Shown here: positions 56,090 to 57,242 of the stretch, piece after piece
Layout: every line of letters begins with the position of its first letter
Numbering within the stretch: the first letter of the stretch is position 1
From: a virus
Lineage: Duplodnaviria > Caudoviricetes
DNA: 57,242 nt
IMG/VR virus record: IMGVR_UViG_3300008966_000004
Location: 1-57,242 of that record
Strand: one strand, 5' to 3'
The notes under the pieces: model-generated
What the model was told of the DNA's origin: nothing
The model's database searches: none
The model's input: only the letters and a program-made list of their open reading frames with translations
Translations under genes and position numbers: made by a program

Positions 56090-56452
56090 CTAGCTAATAA
56101 TCAACCAATCGGTAGCTTCTATATCTTCTATAGATAAATTATCTAAATAAATAAAATCAGAATTTATAATTGCTGTGTGGTTTTCTCTTACAGCTTTTCC
56201 CCCCAGTTTAATGAATTTTAAAGCTTCAAGAAAACTAACTTTTTGACGAGATTGTTTATTTTGTTCTATATATTCTTCCCATTCATCTTCAAATAAATCA
56301 TTATAACAAGAAATAATAAGTTTATATTCCATATAATTTTCATCATATAATCCATATTCTAAAATCGAACAAATAAAGTGATTATTTTTCCAATCACGTT
56401 TTCTTATTTTTTTGTTTTTTAATGTTAACTCTAAAGCTTCTATTAAATTCAT
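56090..56452 (-). CDS. tandem double DUF2829/Tad2-like protein
   Basis: MNLIEALE....KKIRKRDW...DLFEDEWE and SFLEALK.IK.GGKAVRE...LSIEDIEATDW; GGAGG RBS at 56452. Confidence 0.7.
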   Translation of the reverse strand: MNLIEALELTLKNKKIRKRDWKNNHFICSILEYGLYDENYMEYKLIISCYNDLFEDEWEEYIEQNKQSRQKVSFLEALKFIKLGGKAVRENHTAIINSDFIYLDNLSIEDIEATDWLIIS

Positions 56453-56465
56453 ATTTCCTCCTTTA

Positions 56466-56942
56466 TTAATTGATTTGACCATGCAGCACAAAATCCAGTA
56501 AAGCAAGGCTATCTGCTTCGTTATCATCAATAGGCGTAAAGCCTTTCTTCTTGATAGCTTCAATAACAAGCTCCTTAGAGCTGTTCCCTTTACCTGTAAT
56601 ATGTCGTTTGATTGTCCCAACTGGGATGCCTTGGTATGCTATCTGGTGATGCTCACACCAAGCTGTTAAATGGGCAAGAAAGCCGCCGTATTTATGGGCA
56701 GCATCTACTCCCTTATGTGCTCTTACTTCCTCAAAATAAATAGCTTCAACATCACCAAGCGTTGCTTTCAAATCAGTAAGCCATCGTTTAAAACGCAGGT
56801 AAGTCATACCTCCGCCCTCAAATCGCTGCTGCTTGAAGCTTACAGTTCCAGAAGTTATACCCCCCTGTTTTTCTCTAATAGCCCAACCGGTATTAGTGCC
56901 AAGGTCTAAAGCTATAATTGTTGAGTGATCAGAAATATTCAT
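56466..56942 (-). CDS. RuvC-like Holliday junction resolvase (phage WO type)
   Basis: ALDLGT.TGWA, FEGGGM.YLRF, YFEEVR.H.GVDAAH.YGGF, GTIK..TGKGN..K, DDNEAD.LALL. Confidence 0.9.
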   Translation of the reverse strand: MNISDHSTIIALDLGTNTGWAIREKQGGITSGTVSFKQQRFEGGGMTYLRFKRWLTDLKATLGDVEAIYFEEVRAHKGVDAAHKYGGFLAHLTAWCEHHQIAYQGIPVGTIKRHITGKGNSSKELVIEAIKKKGFTPIDDNEADSLALLDFVLHGQIN

Positions 56943-56964
56943 AATCTATTTTCCTAAAAATTAT

Positions 56965-57242
56965 CTAGGAATACTTATTTAACACAGCTACAAGTTTATT
57001 TATAGTTTCTTTTATACTCTCATTCTTAATGCCCTTAAAATTCTTGGAATATTCCAATGCTAAACGCTGTCTTGATTCTTCCTCTGGCGTTAATACATAT
57101 TTTGTTATCCCTTCATAAAAATAGCTTGGAGGTTTACCAAATATGCCAGCAAGTAGAATAAGCCTACCTATTGAAAGTCTATTACTGCCATTCTCATATT
57201 TAGCAAACTGCTGATGAGTAACGCCTATTTTTTGAGCTATCG
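56965..57242 (-). CDS. XRE-family HTH regulator (Rickettsiales Tr1-like), 5' end outside window
   Basis: IAQKIGVTHQQFAKYENGSNRLSIGRL...SYFYEG...QRLALEYSKNF..IKN; runs off the window edge. Confidence 0.85.
   Translation of the reverse strand, partial: IAQKIGVTHQQFAKYENGSNRLSIGRLILLAGIFGKPPSYFYEGITKYVLTPEEESRQRLALEYSKNFKGIKNESIKETINKLVAVLNKYS

Overview
An AT-rich (~30% GC by eye), near-complete tailed-phage (myovirus-type) genome or prophage, probably from a Rickettsiales/Rickettsiaceae-like endosymbiont. The host inference rests on an alphaproteobacterial Tr1-like XRE regulator, a WO-phage-like RuvC-type resolvase and ParB-methylase, and ankyrin and patatin cargo. The + strand (1.3-17.5 kb) carries an iteron-like origin, a primase-helicase with reversed domain order, a C5 methyltransferase, small early genes, YqaJ/RecT recombination genes, tRNA-Cys, a helicase and a holin-endolysin-spanin cassette. 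The cassette is interrupted by a 137-nt insert and by an IS1595 element. The - strand (57.2->17.5 kb) carries a regulator, resolvase, methylase, terminase, portal, a ~9.4-kb fibre/patatin block, then head, neck, contractile tail, baseplate and fibre genes, with morons and a 4-kb small-gene island inside the tail module. No integrase or partition genes are visible. The most unusual signals are: a fibre motif split twice across gene boundaries; a candidate antisense RNA over the primase leader, with similar units elsewhere; a split endolysin plus a catalytically dead paralogue; a two-TRD methyltransferase; several Tad2/DUF2829-like domains; and a duplicated tail-fibre module with alternative tips. 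All family assignments come from motif recognition by eye, not from database searches.
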